Shown here in pieces: positions 1 to 14,130 of a DNA stretch of 64,000 nucleotides. The notes beneath the pieces were generated by a model. The model was not told the origin of the DNA and did not search any database. It worked only from the letters and a program-made list of their open reading frames with translations. This DNA comes from Schmidtea nova (Eukaryota): the NCBI GenBank assembly GCA_044892505.1, contig CM097883.1, forward strand, positions 424,514,001-424,578,000. Reading direction: 5' to 3'. Position 1 is the stretch's first letter. Each line of letters begins with the position of its first letter. Made by a program: the position numbers and the translations under genes.

Positions 1-107
1 AAAATGACTATTTTAAGTTAAACCAAGCCCACGGGTACCCCATAAAAGGAGAGTACGATTTAAGAGTATGAGTTAAGAGTACGAGTTATTAAAATCGAGA
101 ATAAAAA

Positions 108-455
108 ATGATGGATTATTATTGTAAAAGTTGTAATAAATTAATTTCAAAATCTAACAAGGGAAAACATGAAAAAATTAAAAAACACCAGCAGAAATTA
201 ACAAAGGGTAGTAATTTACAAACACTTTCATCAAAATTACCTGAATTTCCTTGGGGAAAATATAAATCTGAAAAACACCTAATATCCGGAACAAATTTAG
301 ATATTAGACTTGATGAAAATGATGTATCTAAACCAGGAGGGAAACCAATTACCATATTTGATGAGGCTGCTCTAAAGCATGATATTGCTTATAAAAGCGA
401 AGATTTAAGAACTCGTCAAAAAGCTGATATTGATTTAATACAAGATATAAATTAA
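108..455 (+). pseudogene. Parvovirus-type phospholipase A2 (PLA2X-like) protein of Polinton
   Basis: DEAALKHDIAY matches the D-x-AA-x2-HD-x-AY catalytic motif of viral PLA2; the Ca-loop region appears degenerate. Confidence 0.7.
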
Positions 456-544
456 ATTAAAAATAAAACTTTTAAAGAAATATTAGCTGGTGTTATTGCT
501 ACAAATGTAATGAAAGTAAAAATTGTTCTTGGTGGAGAGAATAA

Positions 545-1395
545 AAGCGAAGCTCTGGTTAAACCAAAAACAAATGAAATTTTAGCACAAGAACTTCAAA
601 AAGAATATAGAAAATCTTCCAAGTTTTTAAAAGTGCAAGTATTTAATAAAGATGATATTTGAGGAGCAGATCTTGTTGAAATTCCCAACATGAAAGGGAA
701 TAATGATTTTAAATGTATCCTAAATATTATTGATTTGTATACAAAGTTTGCATGGGCAATACCGCTAAAAATCAAAACAAATCATTCAATAAAAAATGCA
801 TTTGAAAACTTGTTTGAAGAAAATCCAGATAGAATTCCAACCAAACTATATACTGATAATGGAAAAGAATTTTATAATAAAATATTTGATAAATTTCTAC
901 AAGAAAATGAAATACAAATTTATTCTACTTTTAATTAACCAGATGAAAGAAGTCAAGGTCATTCTCATAATCCTTCTCATAAGATTTAACAAAACTTTAA
1001 AAAATTTAATGTTTAAAAAATTTACAAAAAATGGAAATCGTATTTGGATAAATATATTACCAGAAATATTAAATTTTATAATAATAAAATACACAAAACA
1101 ATTAAAACAACACCTCAAGAAGCTTCAAATAATCCAGAATTAATTCAAGAAATTGTTAATGAAAATAATCAAGAAAATAAAAATTTGCAAGAAAAACAAA
1201 GGTTTAATATTAGTGACAGAGTTACGATTTTTAAATGGAAAAACAAATTTGAAAAATATAGATGGTCAAAATAAATATTTTTAATTTATAAAGTTCTAAA
1301 CACTAAACCAATAACTTGTAAAATAAAAGATTTAAATAGAGAAAAGATATTAGAAAAATTCTATCAAAACGAGCTTCAGAAAACTTATTTTTAAT
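545..1395 (+). pseudogene. Polinton retroviral-type integrase
   Basis: ADLVEIP...LNIIDLYTKFAWAIPLK...KLYTDNGKEFYN...RFNKTLK spread over ORFs 690-938, 796-1143, 1044-1274. Confidence 0.85.
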
Positions 1396-2531
1396 TTCCC
1401 ATATCTTAAGCTAGTGTTTTTAATGTCTCTAAAAACAATTGTGCATATGAAAGATACGCATTAGTACCAACATGGTGATTTAATCTAATTAGTGCTTTTG
1501 TTAATTTTTTTGAAATAATTTGAGATGTTTAGAGGGTATTTTTTCATAATTATCATTTTCATCATCACTAGTTTTGTTTTCATCATCACTAATTTGTTTT
1601 CGCTTTCGTTTTGTTTTATTTTTCACTATTTTCCTCGTTTTCATAATCATCATTACTAGAGGTAGAGCTTCGCCCATCATCAAAAATAATTTTAGATTTT
1701 GTCATTTTATTATTTTTATATTTAATCATTATATTTTTTAACTTTGACAAATCCGTCCCCTTTAGGTTGTGAAGCATTTCCTTTTTGATTTGTAACAGGA
1801 GCGTTGAGAGCCTCTAAAAATATTTCAGTAGTCAATTTTACCACCATTAGTTTCAAATTTAGAGTGTGGGTATATATTTGAATATATATATTTGAATATG
1901 GATTCAAAAATATTTCATTGCCTCTCTGACTAAATTTCTTCTTCTTTTTATTTTCAAATTCAAAATTAATAACCATTTTTATACAAGTTTTATAAATTTT
2001 TTATAGAATTCTTTAATTAAAAATAATAAAAGTGAATGAAGCTCTAGAAAAGAAACATCAAGAAATTGTCAAGAATAATAAAGACAAAACAATTACAATT
2101 GATGACGAAAAATACTACATTTCAAAAGATAAAATTGAAAAATGAAAAGAATTACAACAAGGAAAAGAGCAAAGATCTTGGTGACGTTATTACCACTAAT
2201 ATTTGCTGGTATAAGTGCTGCAAGTGCAACAACAGCTTATATTGTTAAGTCTATAAAAGATGGAAAACAAGTTGCTTTAGCAGATGCACAAAAATAAAAA
2301 ATCATCAAAGGAACCGGAATCAATAAAGTTGCGGCTTCAACGATTTATTTAGAGCCACACCAAGGAAAAGCTATTACAAAATATTTAAAATGTATTATTC
2401 CTAATAATCCTACTATTAAAAACTTGAACAAAAAAGATATTGAAATTGAAATAGATGGAGATGGAGATGGAGATGGTGTTTATTTACGACCCTTTGAAAA
2501 ATATTAAAAAAATATACTAAAAAATATATTA

Positions 2532-3260
2532 ATGAAAAACTCAGAATTCACTCCTGTTTGGAATAGAGATGTTTTTCAAATTAATCACAATCCAATAATT
2601 CCAGAAAGTTTTAGAATGTTATTAGTTGGACCATCTGGTAGTGGTAAAACAGTCATGTTAAATAAAGTATTACTTGTACCGGATGATTTATATTATGATA
2701 ATTTAATTATTTTTTCCACAACCAGAAATGCAAATAATATTTCATGGTTTTAATAGTGGATTAACAAAACAAGACGTAATTTATATTTTTAATAATCAAA
2801 ACACATTTGATAATGGTTTAACTATTAAAGTAATTTGTGAATCTCTTGCAGAAGTCAAGGGAAACCCAAAACTAATAATTAATGTTACAATGTCTAATCA
2901 ACACCATGACATACACCCATGTGATACAGTAAATATGAATAAAAAGAATTTGATAGTTTTTGACGACTGCATAAATGATAAAAACCAAGAGATAATGGAG
3001 TCATATTTTCCACGTGGTCGCCACAACAAGTGCAATTGTATATATTTATCACAAAATTATTATGATTTACCAAGTAGAAGTATCCCGGGTAATTCTAATA
3101 TTTTATATTTTTTCAATTAAGTAAAAGAAATAAAGATATTATTTATTTAGATTTGTTCTCAAATATAATTGAAAAAAATGATTATAATTTATTGAATGGA
3201 CACCTTTTAACAAAATATAATTATATAGTTTTGGATAAAAAAACAACAAATTTATAAAAA
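2532..3260 (+). pseudogene. Polinton packaging ATPase (A32/FtsK-like)
   Basis: Walker A RMLLVGPSGSGKT, Walker B LIVFDDC, RGRHNKCNCIYLSQNY; frameshift near 2750. Confidence 0.85.
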
Positions 3261-4181
3261 GATTATTTAAAATTGTATAAAATTATATAAAAAATTAATT
3301 GTCGGATTATTAAACAAGACCCAGAAACATTAAATCAACCAAATTATCTCAAGAATAGGCAAGATTTAATTCATTAAAACAAAACATGGAATAAAAATTC
3401 AATTGATAAATATATAGGAAATGAAAAATTTGTAGAAAAAAATAAAAAGGGTTGAAGAAATTATAAAATCTATAGAACTTTTGGAAAACTTGATCAAGAA
3501 TATGTGATAAATTTAAATAGAAATAGAAAAATTTGACAGGAAATTTTCAATACTGAAATAACAACTAAAAAAGGAATAAAAAAACGTGGATATTTTTTAC
3601 AATAAGGAAGTCAAAATTATTTTTTACAAAATCTAAAAATGAACCTATGTATATTTAAAGTAAAAATGGAAATTTAAAATATGAGTGGGATCCAGATATT
3701 CAATCATGTTTTGAAGGAAATGCATTTCAATCACCCATCGAAAGAGCTCCAATTCTCAAGTAAGTTAATTTTTATCAACTTCAAAAAAGCTCATAAAACA
3801 AGGTTTGAGTTCATTTAAAACAGATTCTTGTTTGGGTTCTTTAAAAATAGATTTTCCCGCAAGTTCTTCTTTTCAAGGACAAGGAATCGACAGTCGCAAC
3901 TACGTTAGTTAACAAAGTTGAGGCTATGCCTATTGCCGACAAAGTCGTGGCTATGCCAATATTACTTCCTGATAATACTGTAGAATTATTTTATCAATTA
4001 AGTAAATTTTTATCTGCAACAAAAGCTGGTCATTTAAATACTTTTAATCGTGGTAATGCAATTCTATCAAGACCTTTGCAAATAAAATTAATTAAACCTG
4101 AAAGATACAGTAATATTTTTAAAAAAATACTTCCCCACAAAAGGTTAAAAACTATTTTTTTAAAAAAGAATTTTAAAAATG

Positions 4182-5390
4182 AATGGTACAAGTTTGAATT
4201 TTGACAAAACTTTGTCATTCAATCACAAGATAAAAAACGAGATTTGTTGGAAGTAGTTTTACCAACAACTTCATTAGCAGAATCGTTAAAAAACATGTAA
4301 TCTTTTATTTCAAATTCATCAAACATCAAATCCTATTGATATTTGTAATTCATACATTTTTTACAAAATTAAATTAGAAAATATTGGAGATGCTACTGAT
4401 AATATAACCTTGGAACATAATTGGTTTTGTCATGTTTTTTCCCATATGTCAATAAAACTAGGTTCAACAGAAGTAGAAAATATTGAAAATCCAGGTGAAG
4501 CAAGTGAATAATTAAATTTTTTAATGACTGATGTTGATTATGAAAAACAATATTTAAATACTTGGATCCCTGATACTGGAACTGGTCTTATAATAAATAA
4601 AGGATTTTTAATTAGAAAAGAGTTGTATTCTATAAATTTCGAGAGTATATATGCTCTAAAAACTTTGTTTGGATTTTTTCCAAAATTATTATAGATTAAT
4701 ATATCTAATTCCATTTGAATTAAGACTAAGTAGAAATCAAAATGTTCAAACCATCTTTTTTGGAGTAAATGCTGGTGCAGAAAAAAAACTAGTTTTTGAA
4801 GAATCAAAATTAATAGTTCCTTCAATAACATGTAATCCAAAATTATATGTTGATATTTTGGATAGAATGAATTCTTCAAAACCTATTACTGTCAATTATT
4901 TTGAAAGAATTTCATCAAGTATTGATATTCCAGGGGAACACAATATTCATGGAAACCAACAGTTTTAAATTCAAGACCTAGATTTATTATTGTTGGTTTC
5001 AAAGACAACACCTTCATTTACAAAATATTATTCAAAATATTATTCAAAAAGTTGATACAAATGAAATTAAAAGTATACGAGGTCAATTAAATACAACATG
5101 GTATACTATTGACCCCGTAACTGTTTCTTTTAAAAATAATCATCAAGCTAAACCATTTCAAAACTATGTAGAGATGTTTAATGAATTTGGAGTAGATTCA
5201 CAATTTAAATATTATAGATTTTAAAGATTTGTATTCAATATTTTGTTTTGATACGAGTGCTCAAGATGAAAAACTAGCAATGAATGGAGTTAATATTACA
5301 ATTCATATTAATAAAGATACTGGTTTTAAAGCAAGATGTTTTGCTGTGATTTTAACGTAAAAAGAAATTAAAAAAGACTTGTTAAATGAA
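4182..5390 (+). pseudogene. Polinton major capsid protein (double jelly-roll) remnant
   Basis: Fragments such as HNWFCHVFSHMSIKLGSTEVENIENPGEASELL and YLIPFELRLSRNQNVQTIFFG; position after ATPase and before penton-like ORF. Confidence 0.6.
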
Positions 5391-5425
5391 AAAATGACAA
5401 CAATCATCAATTAATAAATAATAAA

Positions 5426-6235
5426 ATGGAAAACCAACAACTTTCATATCTAATAAACATTCTTAATTTAGAATATTCTACAACATTAAACTTTGATTCC
5501 AAGAAATCTGAATTCACCACAAAGTTTCCAATTCCTCTAACTTTAAAGAAATATTATAATTATGAAATCGGGTTGTTGTGGCTTACAACTTTTAATAATG
5601 TTTTTAACAAAGCTGGGGAAAATAATAATATTTCAACTACCACACCTAGTAAAGAAACACATGTTTTGACTATTTCTCCTGGTGCATATGATTTAGATGT
5701 TTTGTTCAAAACTATAGAAAAAAGAATAAAAGAAAAAGTTCAAACTAAGGAATCTCCAGTGAAATCTTAATTTGATACACCTTCATCAAAAGTAAAGGTG
5801 GTTATAATCGACATTTACTCGATTTTGTTTGGCCATTTCCAAAATAAAAAAAATTAAACTCGTTGTTTCAGAAACCCGACTTGGAGCTGTTTTTGGATTT
5901 GATGATTTTATATATATATATATATATATATATTATAAAGGAGAAGTTGTTATAAAAATCATGTAAATAATAGAAATATAACTTCAATGAATTTAACATG
6001 CGATGTAGTACAAGGTTCTTATTATAATGGACAAATAACTAATTGTTTATATAGTTTTCCTTATTGAACTGTTGGTCATGGTTATAGAATTGCTCAAATT
6101 AATTCAATCCCAACTTATATGCTAATTATTAACAAGACGATAAGTTCTATTAGTTTTAAAATTCAAAATCAAAACGCTGAAATAATAGATTTTAAGAATG
6201 GGATATTTCTTTTTCTTTACACCTTAAACAAGTAT
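5426..6235 (+). pseudogene. Polinton minor capsid (penton) remnant
   Basis: FPIPLTL...YEIGLLWLTTFNNVFN, ISPGAYD, and downstream CDVVQGSYYNG...LYSFP...GYRI fragments typical of Polinton mCP. Confidence 0.6.
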
Positions 6236-6240
6236 AAAAA

Positions 6241-6405
6241 ATGGAAAAGATTTTAAACAAATATGGAATAAATACTACCGAAAATTTTAATTTGAAACGA
6301 ATTAGTAAAGATTTAGGAATAAGTAAAGATTTTAGGAATAAGTTTAGGAATAAGTAAGTATTTAGGAAGGTTCATGTAATAATGTGTGATGAAATAAAAA
6401 ATTAT
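6241..6405 (+). pseudogene. N-terminal fragment of Polinton adenain-type cysteine protease
   Basis: MEKILNKYGINTTENFNLKRISKDLGI...VIMCDEI; truncated before the catalytic residues. Confidence 0.4.
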
Positions 6406-7218
6406 TTAATTTCTGAAATTTAGGAACGTCCTTAATAAATATTGGTTGCGGTATATCCCCCAGTTTAATTCATTCACAAATGGTTCATATCGTGATACTC
6501 GATATGAATGATCTTTTTGTGGATGTAGGGCACTCAGGACTGCCCATTGAAAACAATTATTAATAATATATTTACATTTTATACTTGGTGGAGTTGGAAT
6601 ATAAGATTTACCTTGGAAAGGAATTGCTTTCCAAATATTTAATTCTAGATATCCATAAGAAATTAGAATCATCTCACTATCTGAAATATATTTTGAAGTG
6701 GATTCTAGTTCTTGAGATAAACGTTTATAAATCTGTTTAATTGTAAAATCAGTTGGTTTATTAAATAAATGATAAAATTTGCAGTTGATATCAATAGAAA
6801 GATGGTTTTCATCAACATTTACTCTGCCATATTTAACTTTTTATTTTATCAAAAATTTAATACGACCAAGTTTTTTTGTAGCGGTATTTATAGCTCTAAT
6901 TATATTCTTGCTATAAAATAGAATATAATCATCAACAGTCATCTTTGCTCTCACTGAATCAAGGGTTTGTTCTACTTCTTACGCTCATTCAAGAATTATT
7001 TCCCTTTGATTCCTTCCTCGACATTTTTCATAATGGGTAATAAACCCAGAGAGTAAAAACTTTTGATCACATTTATCACATGTTTGAGAATTGAATTTAT
7101 TTAAACCACCTGTTTTTAGTGGGTGCCTCTTACTCTTGGAGTGAAATGATAGTGTTGGTTTTGTTTTCAATGATTGTTGACAATCTTGACAAAAGAAATT
7201 TTTCGGCATACTAGTCAT
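6406..7218 (-). pseudogene. N-terminal fragment of protein-primed DNA polymerase B; catalytic part deleted
   Basis: GKSYIPTPPSIKCK..INNCFQWAVLSALHP...RVSRY is characteristic of the Polinton pPolB N-terminal region; C2H2-like fingers at 6985-7218. Confidence 0.65.
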
Positions 7219-7265
7219 TTTTTAAAGATTTAATTTGGTTATATTTATTTTTAATTATTATTTCA

Positions 7266-7800
7266 GGTTGGGTTGGTATATAAAAAATACTTGAATATTT
7301 GATTATTTTGATTTATTTTATTATTGAAATAGATTTCGGGAATGTCTGGCCTATAAAAATACTAGAATATTTGATTACTTTAATTCATTTTATTATTGAA
7401 CTAGTTTTTGGGGTGGTCGAGCCTATAAAAATATTGGATTTTTTGTTGTTTATATAAATTATAGTAGTATAAATCACAGTAGTATATACACATTCCGATA
7501 TCCCGCAAAACTCTGCCCGCAAACACTCGGTGAGNNNNNNNNNNNNNNNNNNNNNNNNNNNNNNNNNNNNNNNNNNNNNNNNNNNNNNNNNNNNNNNNNN
7601 NNNNNNNNNNNNNNNNNNNNNNNNNNNNNNNNNNNNNNNNNNNNNNNNNNNNNNNNNNNNNNNNNNNNNNNNNNNNNNNNNNNNNNNNNNNNNNNNNNNN
7701 NNNNNNNNNNNNNNNNNNNNNNNNNNNNNNNNNNNNNNNNNNNNNNNNNNNNTTTGGGGTGGTCTGGCCTGTAAAAACACTAGAATATTTAATTATTTTT
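7266..7800. repeat. ~72-bp subterminal tandem repeats
   Basis: Repeated GGTCTGGCCTATAAAAATACTAGAATATTTGATT-like units on both sides of the N-gap. Confidence 0.6.
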
Positions 7801-8158
7801 TTAAAATTATATCTGTTAGTAGTGAAAGAAGTGAGAGATCCAGTCAAAAACCCTAACCAGGCCATCCCGCTCTTGTTAATTTTTATTTAATAAAACTTTT
7901 TTAAAGAGGGTGACTGTTTTCTTTATTGAAAAATTCGGGGTGCGTTGGCTTGGTTCAGGGTCTGGTCTGGATCCATTCTTCTTTCACTACTTTTGTAAAT
8001 TTTGATTGGCATTTTTATATTGAAAAACAATTTTTGAAACCAAAAGAGAAAAACTTTAAAATATTAAGTATTATATTGTCAAAAAAATTTGAAATACTTA
8101 TCCAAATTTTCCTAAAAAATTTTAAAATAATTTTATTTATTAAATTTATTATTATTAT

Positions 8159-8310
8159 CAATAATTCCCATAATGATGACTATAGATCAAAATTTTTTTA
8201 TAAACAATAACACAATATTTCGGCACATCCTTGATAAAGGCTGTGCCGAAATGTTGATTATTGTTTATAAAAAAATTTTGATCAATAGTCATCATTATGG
8301 GAATTATTGG
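8159..8310. repeat. Palindromic foldback/MITE (~150 bp)
   Basis: CAATAATTCCCATAATGATGACTA...TTTCGGCACA arm and its near-perfect reverse complement. Confidence 0.75.
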
Positions 8311-8637
8311 TAATAATAATAAAAAAAGATCAAAGGTGAAAAAAGATAATTATGATATTAAATTTATGTTTATTTATTTTAGCTTTATTTTTTATAAAAC
8401 TGTTTTTGAATTAAAGTTTTATTTGCTTTTAAAATAAAATTATAGCTAAAAATTTCGTTGTTATAAATTCCGATTTTATTTTTGTTGGTTAGTCAATGAA
8501 ATTATATACTAAATTATATACACTATCTATCAACCTGACTCTAGGCGTGTTTTTAAATAATAACAACAATAACAGATTCTATGTTATTAATATTTATTGA
8601 CTATCACAATTACAACTGATTTGATTTCACTTAAAAG

Positions 8638-9049
8638 CAAAGGTGTTTAACCTGTGGCACAGCACACCATATTTTGCGGCCCGCGCATGGTATAACAAAT
8701 ATAAATCATTCCTATGTTGATTCCTGTGTTTCACTATTTTTATTATTTTAATGCAATCAACATTATTTCAATAGTTATTTACGCAACTAGGGAGAAAATT
8801 TGTTAGACAAACATCAATATTTACGAAAGATTTTTGAAGAGCACATATTTAGAATCATTTTTTTTGTTATTCCATTTTTGTTTTAACAGATTAATTTTTT
8901 GCAAATAATTGTGCATTTATAGGCTGATAATATAAAAATATAATAAACTAAAAATAAATTTTTAAATGTAATTGATTTTTTATGTGGCCCGCTTGCCTTC
9001 AAAAAGTTTATCATGTGGCCCAGGTGCTGCAAAAGGTTAAACAACACTG
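8638..9049. mobile_element. Non-autonomous hAT (Charlie-like) element
   Basis: Degenerate TIRs GTGTTTAACCT / AGGTTAAACAACACTG with GCGGCCCGC and ATGTGGCCC subterminal motifs. Confidence 0.5.
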
Positions 9050-9441
9050 CTTTATTCAGATTTCAACACTTAAATCTTGGTGCTTATTGTATCAGACAGA
9101 GATCAAGTTCACGCTCAAAGAATCCTCAGCTGCTTTCTCGGTTTGAATAATCTCGATATATTTGAACGAGTTGGATTATTAATTTATTGATTATTCCTCC
9201 TTGAACCCAATAGATACTTTAGATTTTTAGTTTTCGTATTTTCTATGAATTTCATTTTTTATTATTTTGGTCCCGCAACTTTATTATGGTCTTCAAATTC
9301 TTGTTTCTGTTTTTTATTTGCTATCATTTGTTGGCACTTATCGATATTTATTGTGTCGGATTCCGTTTTTCGAATATTGTCTTCAAGCTCTTTTCAACTC
9401 TCGCTCATTTTCTCAGACAGCTGTCAAGATAATTAATTTAA

Positions 9442-9674
9442 CCCCTTTCTGCATTAGTGTTCATATATGAACATAATTAATTAAGACTCGGAAATATTCT
9501 TTTTTCATAAAAATATTATTTTGTTTCTGGTAACATTCTTAAGTTGCAACCCTGTTCATTCTAATTTAGTACCAAAAACTGTCAATTGGCGCTAATGACC
9601 CTACTTTTTTAAATGTAACGGTTACACCTTAAAAATATTTTTAAATATAAACAAAAAATTCATGCAGAAAGGGG
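9442..9674. mobile_element. piggyBac-type MITE
   Basis: TIR CCCCTTTCTGCAT / ATGCAGAAAGGGG, TTAA on both sides. Confidence 0.8.
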
Positions 9675-10436
9675 TTAATTTAAGGGGTTACTTTTTTATA
9701 TCTAACAGGCTATCGAGATATGTAACCCTATTTAATTTTTGCTTTTGTTTTTGGCATTTTTTTCTATCATGCACTTATTAATTAAGAACGATTTTCTCGT
9801 ATTCCATTGTTTGATTTTATTTTTTTGTCATTTTTTTGTCATTTTCTATTCATTTTTCAATTTCTTCTTTTCGCTCTACTTCTCAGAATTCTAAAAGAGA
9901 ACACCTTCAATTTCATATATTCCTCATCCAATCATTTTACTTATTTAATAATTATTTATATTTTGTTATGTTTTTATACTCAACTTTAGCAATATTTGTT
10001 TAAAATGTAATAAATCATATTATAAAGGCAAAAATCAAATTATTTGTGTAAATGTTTTAAACGCTGTTTCTATTAAAGTTTCTTCCCAAGAACGCTTTAA
10101 AAGCAGGTTGTACCAAGAATAAATTATTTTAGAATGATAATGGAATAAATTTTCTTAAAGAACTGTTTTAGAAATCAAATTAAAAGAAAGAAAAGAAAGA
10201 AAAAATAATGAACACACAGGAAAATTAGTAAAAGTAAAAAAAAATAACTCAAGATAATTTAAAAATTAATTGTAAATTTTCAAAATTATATTTACATTAA
10301 TAATTAATTCATTTTGTTTAATTATCCTTTTTTGTCACGATATCATTTTTTCAAATGCAATTCACAAATATTATACATTTATTTTAAAAGATTTTTTTTA
10401 AAAATAATAATAAACTTATAAATAAAAATGGAATTT

Positions 10437-13205
10437 AGTAGACAGATATGTACACTCAGGAACAAAGACATATGACGTCATTGTTGGCGTGCCTCCAGTC
10501 AAAATCAAGTAAACCCCTGGGGGCCTCCCTTTTTTGCGACCCCCCCATAATTTTTTTTGCACACACACATGATAAGTCATAAAAATTTATTTTTAATTTT
10601 TAAGGTCATTTTAAGGACAAATTATGAAGTCAACTTAAGGTCAAATTATGAGGTCAAGTTCACTTTAAGGTCAAACTTTTAAAAACTAAATATTTTTCAA
10701 AATTTTTCAAAAACTCAAGAGTTGATTATAACATTTATTAAAAATACATTAAAAATATATTAAGCGATTCTAGCAGTGTTAATTTTCCAAATCGGAGACA
10801 TTGCTTCTTTTGGATCTACTCTATAGCCTTGAATCGATATATAAATAAACCAATTTTTATTGTCCATAGATTCAACGGATTGAAATGAGTCATGGAAGTG
10901 AGTTTTCTTGTTGTTGATATATAGTGTTTTATTGCAAAATAATATGTACACTCAGGAACAAAGACATATGACGTCATTGTTGGCGTGCCTCCAATCAAAA
11001 TCAATTTAACCCCTGGGGGCCTCCCTTTTTTGCGACCCCCCATAATTTTTTTGCACACACACATGATGAGTCATAAAAATTTATTTTTAATTTTTAAGGT
11101 CATTTTAAGGACAAATTATGAAGTCAACTTAAGGTCAAATTATGAGGTCAAGGTTTTAAAAAACTATTTAAAAACTATTTAAAAAACTTTTAAAAACTAA
11201 ATATTTTTCAAAATTTTTCAAAAACTCAAGAGTTGATTATAACATTTATTAAAAATACATAAAAAATATGTTAGGCGATTCTAGCACTGTTAATGTTCCA
11301 AATCGGAGACATTGCTTCTTTTGGATCTACTCTATAGCCTTGAATCGATATATAAATAAACCAATTTTTATTGTCCATAGATTCAACGGATTGAAATGAG
11401 TCATGGAAGTGAGTTTTCTTGTTGTTGATATATAGTGTTTTATTGCAAAATAATTTCTTGTTGATTTTCAATAACACTTAATTGATTGTACTGATATCTT
11501 CTTTATAAAGCTGACCAATTAAGTTTGAATATTGCGAGGTTGTCAAATTAACGGGATATGAGCACTTGAATGGGATTTCATTTACCAAGAAAAACATTTG
11601 GTAATAGTGAATAATTTAAACCGGTCTGAAATCATTTTTGGTTTGAATTGATTTGCTTTCGTTCTTAACTGGTTTTATTTTAACTGAATCTTTAATTGGA
11701 CTCGATTTACTGAAAAAGTTTGCATTTTATGACTAAGACTAGTTTGGGTTGGTTATTTATACTAGTCATAACATGTGTGCATCCAATCAGAATCGTGCAT
11801 GTGTTCTGTACATGCCATGCATGTGTTCTGCAAATGTATTACTAATATTAATATGTATTACACATNNNNNNNNNNNNNNNNNNNNNNNNNNNNNNNNNNN
11901 NNNNNNNNNNNNNNNNNNNNNNNNNNNNNNNNNNNNNNNNNNNNNNNNNNNNNNNNNNNNNNNNNNNNNNNNNNNNNNNNNNNNNNNNNNNNNNNNNNNN
12001 NNNNNNNNNNNNNNNNNNNNNNNNAAATAATTTTCAGACAAAAAGTACATTTAAAATATATTTAACAAGTAATAAACAATTCATTTATCATGATTCATTG
12101 CAACTTGGTTGCCCATTCATTGAAACTTGGTTGTACATTGATTGCACATTTCTTGTTTGCACACTGCTTAATTGATTAAAAATTAAACTATAACCTACAA
12201 GTCACTTATTAATTATTGTACTACTAATACAAGTCTATAAAAAACCATTAAATAAAAATTAAGACACATCAGCAACGATTTTTTAGAAAATTTATTAAAA
12301 GAACATCTGTTTATATTCGTAACTCTTGTTCGTACTGATAAAAAAAATTAAACCTACAAGTCACTTATTAACTATCTAATAAAATTTATAAACAAGAATA
12401 CTACTAATAACAGACATACAGGTCTATAAAAACAATAAAATGAAGACGAATTAACAACGAAATTTTTATCTTTTTAACAAGATTTATTAAAATAACATCT
12501 TTTATATGGGAAACCAAATATTTTGTTCATACTCAAGAAAGTGAGGATGATCAAATTCATCATTCGGTGTATAAATATGATTAAAATCATCATTGCCAGG
12601 ATCATTAAAATCATCATTCTCAGGATCATTCAGAATATTGACTCCATCTGGATCATCTACAATCGCACCATTCCCCTTATAATGCCCATATGCCTAACTT
12701 TTATTTTTACCAACCCAATTTATTTTATCATCAGCGTTAGTTAAAGCTCGTTTATTATTTTTAATACTAAACAGCTGGTGATTTTTGCTGGTAATACGAA
12801 ATTGTATGTATTGTATGTATTTTTAATAAATGTTATAATCAATTCTTGAGTTTTTGAAAAATTTTGTATTTTTAAAAAATTTTGTATTTTTTGTATTTTT
12901 TGAAAATTTTGAAAATTTTGAAAATTTTTGAAAGATTTTTAGTTTTTAAAAGTTTCACCTTAAAATTTTTGAACTTGTCCTTAAATTGACCTTGACCGTT
13001 GACCTCGTAATTTGACTTTAACATGACTTAATAATTTGTCCTTAAAATGACCTTAAAAATTAAAAATAAATTTTTATGACTCATCATGTGTGTGTGCAAA
13101 AAAATTATGGGGTGGGGTTTCAAAAGAAAAAAGCCCCCCCCGGGGTCTACTTGATTTTTGATGACGTCATGTGTCTTTGTTCTGGAGTGCACATATCTGT
13201 CTACT
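10437..13205. mobile_element. Internally deleted Polinton-like element with long TIRs
   Basis: Starts AGTAGACAGATATGT, ends ATATCTGTCTACT; ~350-bp inverted arms; 6-bp flanks GAATTT / CAATTT (5/6 TSD). Confidence 0.65.
10447..11453. repeat. ~500-bp tandem duplication of left TIR plus adjacent sequence
   Basis: 10447-10942 repeated at 10943-11453; ORFs 10760-10951 and 11271-11477 nearly identical. Confidence 0.8.
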
Positions 13206-13337
13206 CAATTTATTCAAATAAATAAAAGAACACCATTTTTTAATATATTATTGCAATATATTTCAACAACTCAGCTGTCATCATCAGGCTTTACACAATT
13301 TCAATAAAATAAAAATTGATCTTATTTATACGCTTAA

Positions 13338-14130
13338 CACTAGAAGTACGGAAATTACAATGTACTTATAACTACGAATGTGTCAGTTTTGAAAGAATCT
13401 CTTTTTATTAAATATGGCTGCGTTTAAGAGCAATGTGTGTTTAGTCAAAGGTCATGTTAATTAAAATTTATGTAAAGTGAAAAACAGAGAGAGTTTTCAT
13501 CCCTTGTAGTTTTTTGTTACAAATGAAAACAATCATATATTTACGGCATAGGCAATACCCAGTATTGCAAAACAAGTAATAGTTACTTGTGGGACGATGA
13601 ACACAAAGCACATATAGTGTAAACATACTTTTGTCCATTGTTATTGCTTCCACAAACACTCTTATTACACTTCATACATAGCATAAGAGACAAGTTAGGA
13701 CATTGTAAAACAAAACAATGACATCGTTTTCGTACATTGGGAACAATAATATGGGTGTGCAGTTGCTATGAAGTTTTAAGCGACATTTGAAAATCACGCC
13801 TTGAAATTCGGCTCTTATTCACCGATTTATAGATGATCCAAGAATTGAGCAAACATATATCGATCATATTATAAAATATACACACAGACCATCGTCGAGT
13901 TTGACATCTCGTGGAATATTGGGGCATCGTTTGGTCAACACAATCCACTCCACATTTTGTGGAATTATAGAAATCAATAATGTTGGATTTCTTCTTGCTT
14001 GAGTCGTCTAATGACACTGTCTTATGCGTAGAACTGAGGAGGGACACCACTTTATTTTTCTTGCATCTATAGACTAGAATAGTTTTATTTTCAGAAATGA
14101 AGAAGTTGGAATACAACTATACTTACATAA
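13338..14130 (-). pseudogene. piggyBac transposase C-terminus with Cys-rich domain and terminal TIR
   Basis: LLSSTH...IIDFYNSTKCGVDCVDQ...RRW..CIFYNMIDICLLNSWIIYK; RKRC..C..C.KC..VCG; TTAA-CACTAGAAGTACG end at 13334-13350. Confidence 0.85.

Larger units (their letters stand above)
1..7530. mobile_element. Decayed Polinton/Maverick (adintovirus-like) element; left end outside window, right end unresolved at N-gap
   Basis: Collinear remnants of PLA2, rve integrase, A32-like ATPase, major and minor capsid, adenain protease and opposite-strand pPolB; all broken by stops/frameshifts. Confidence 0.85.
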
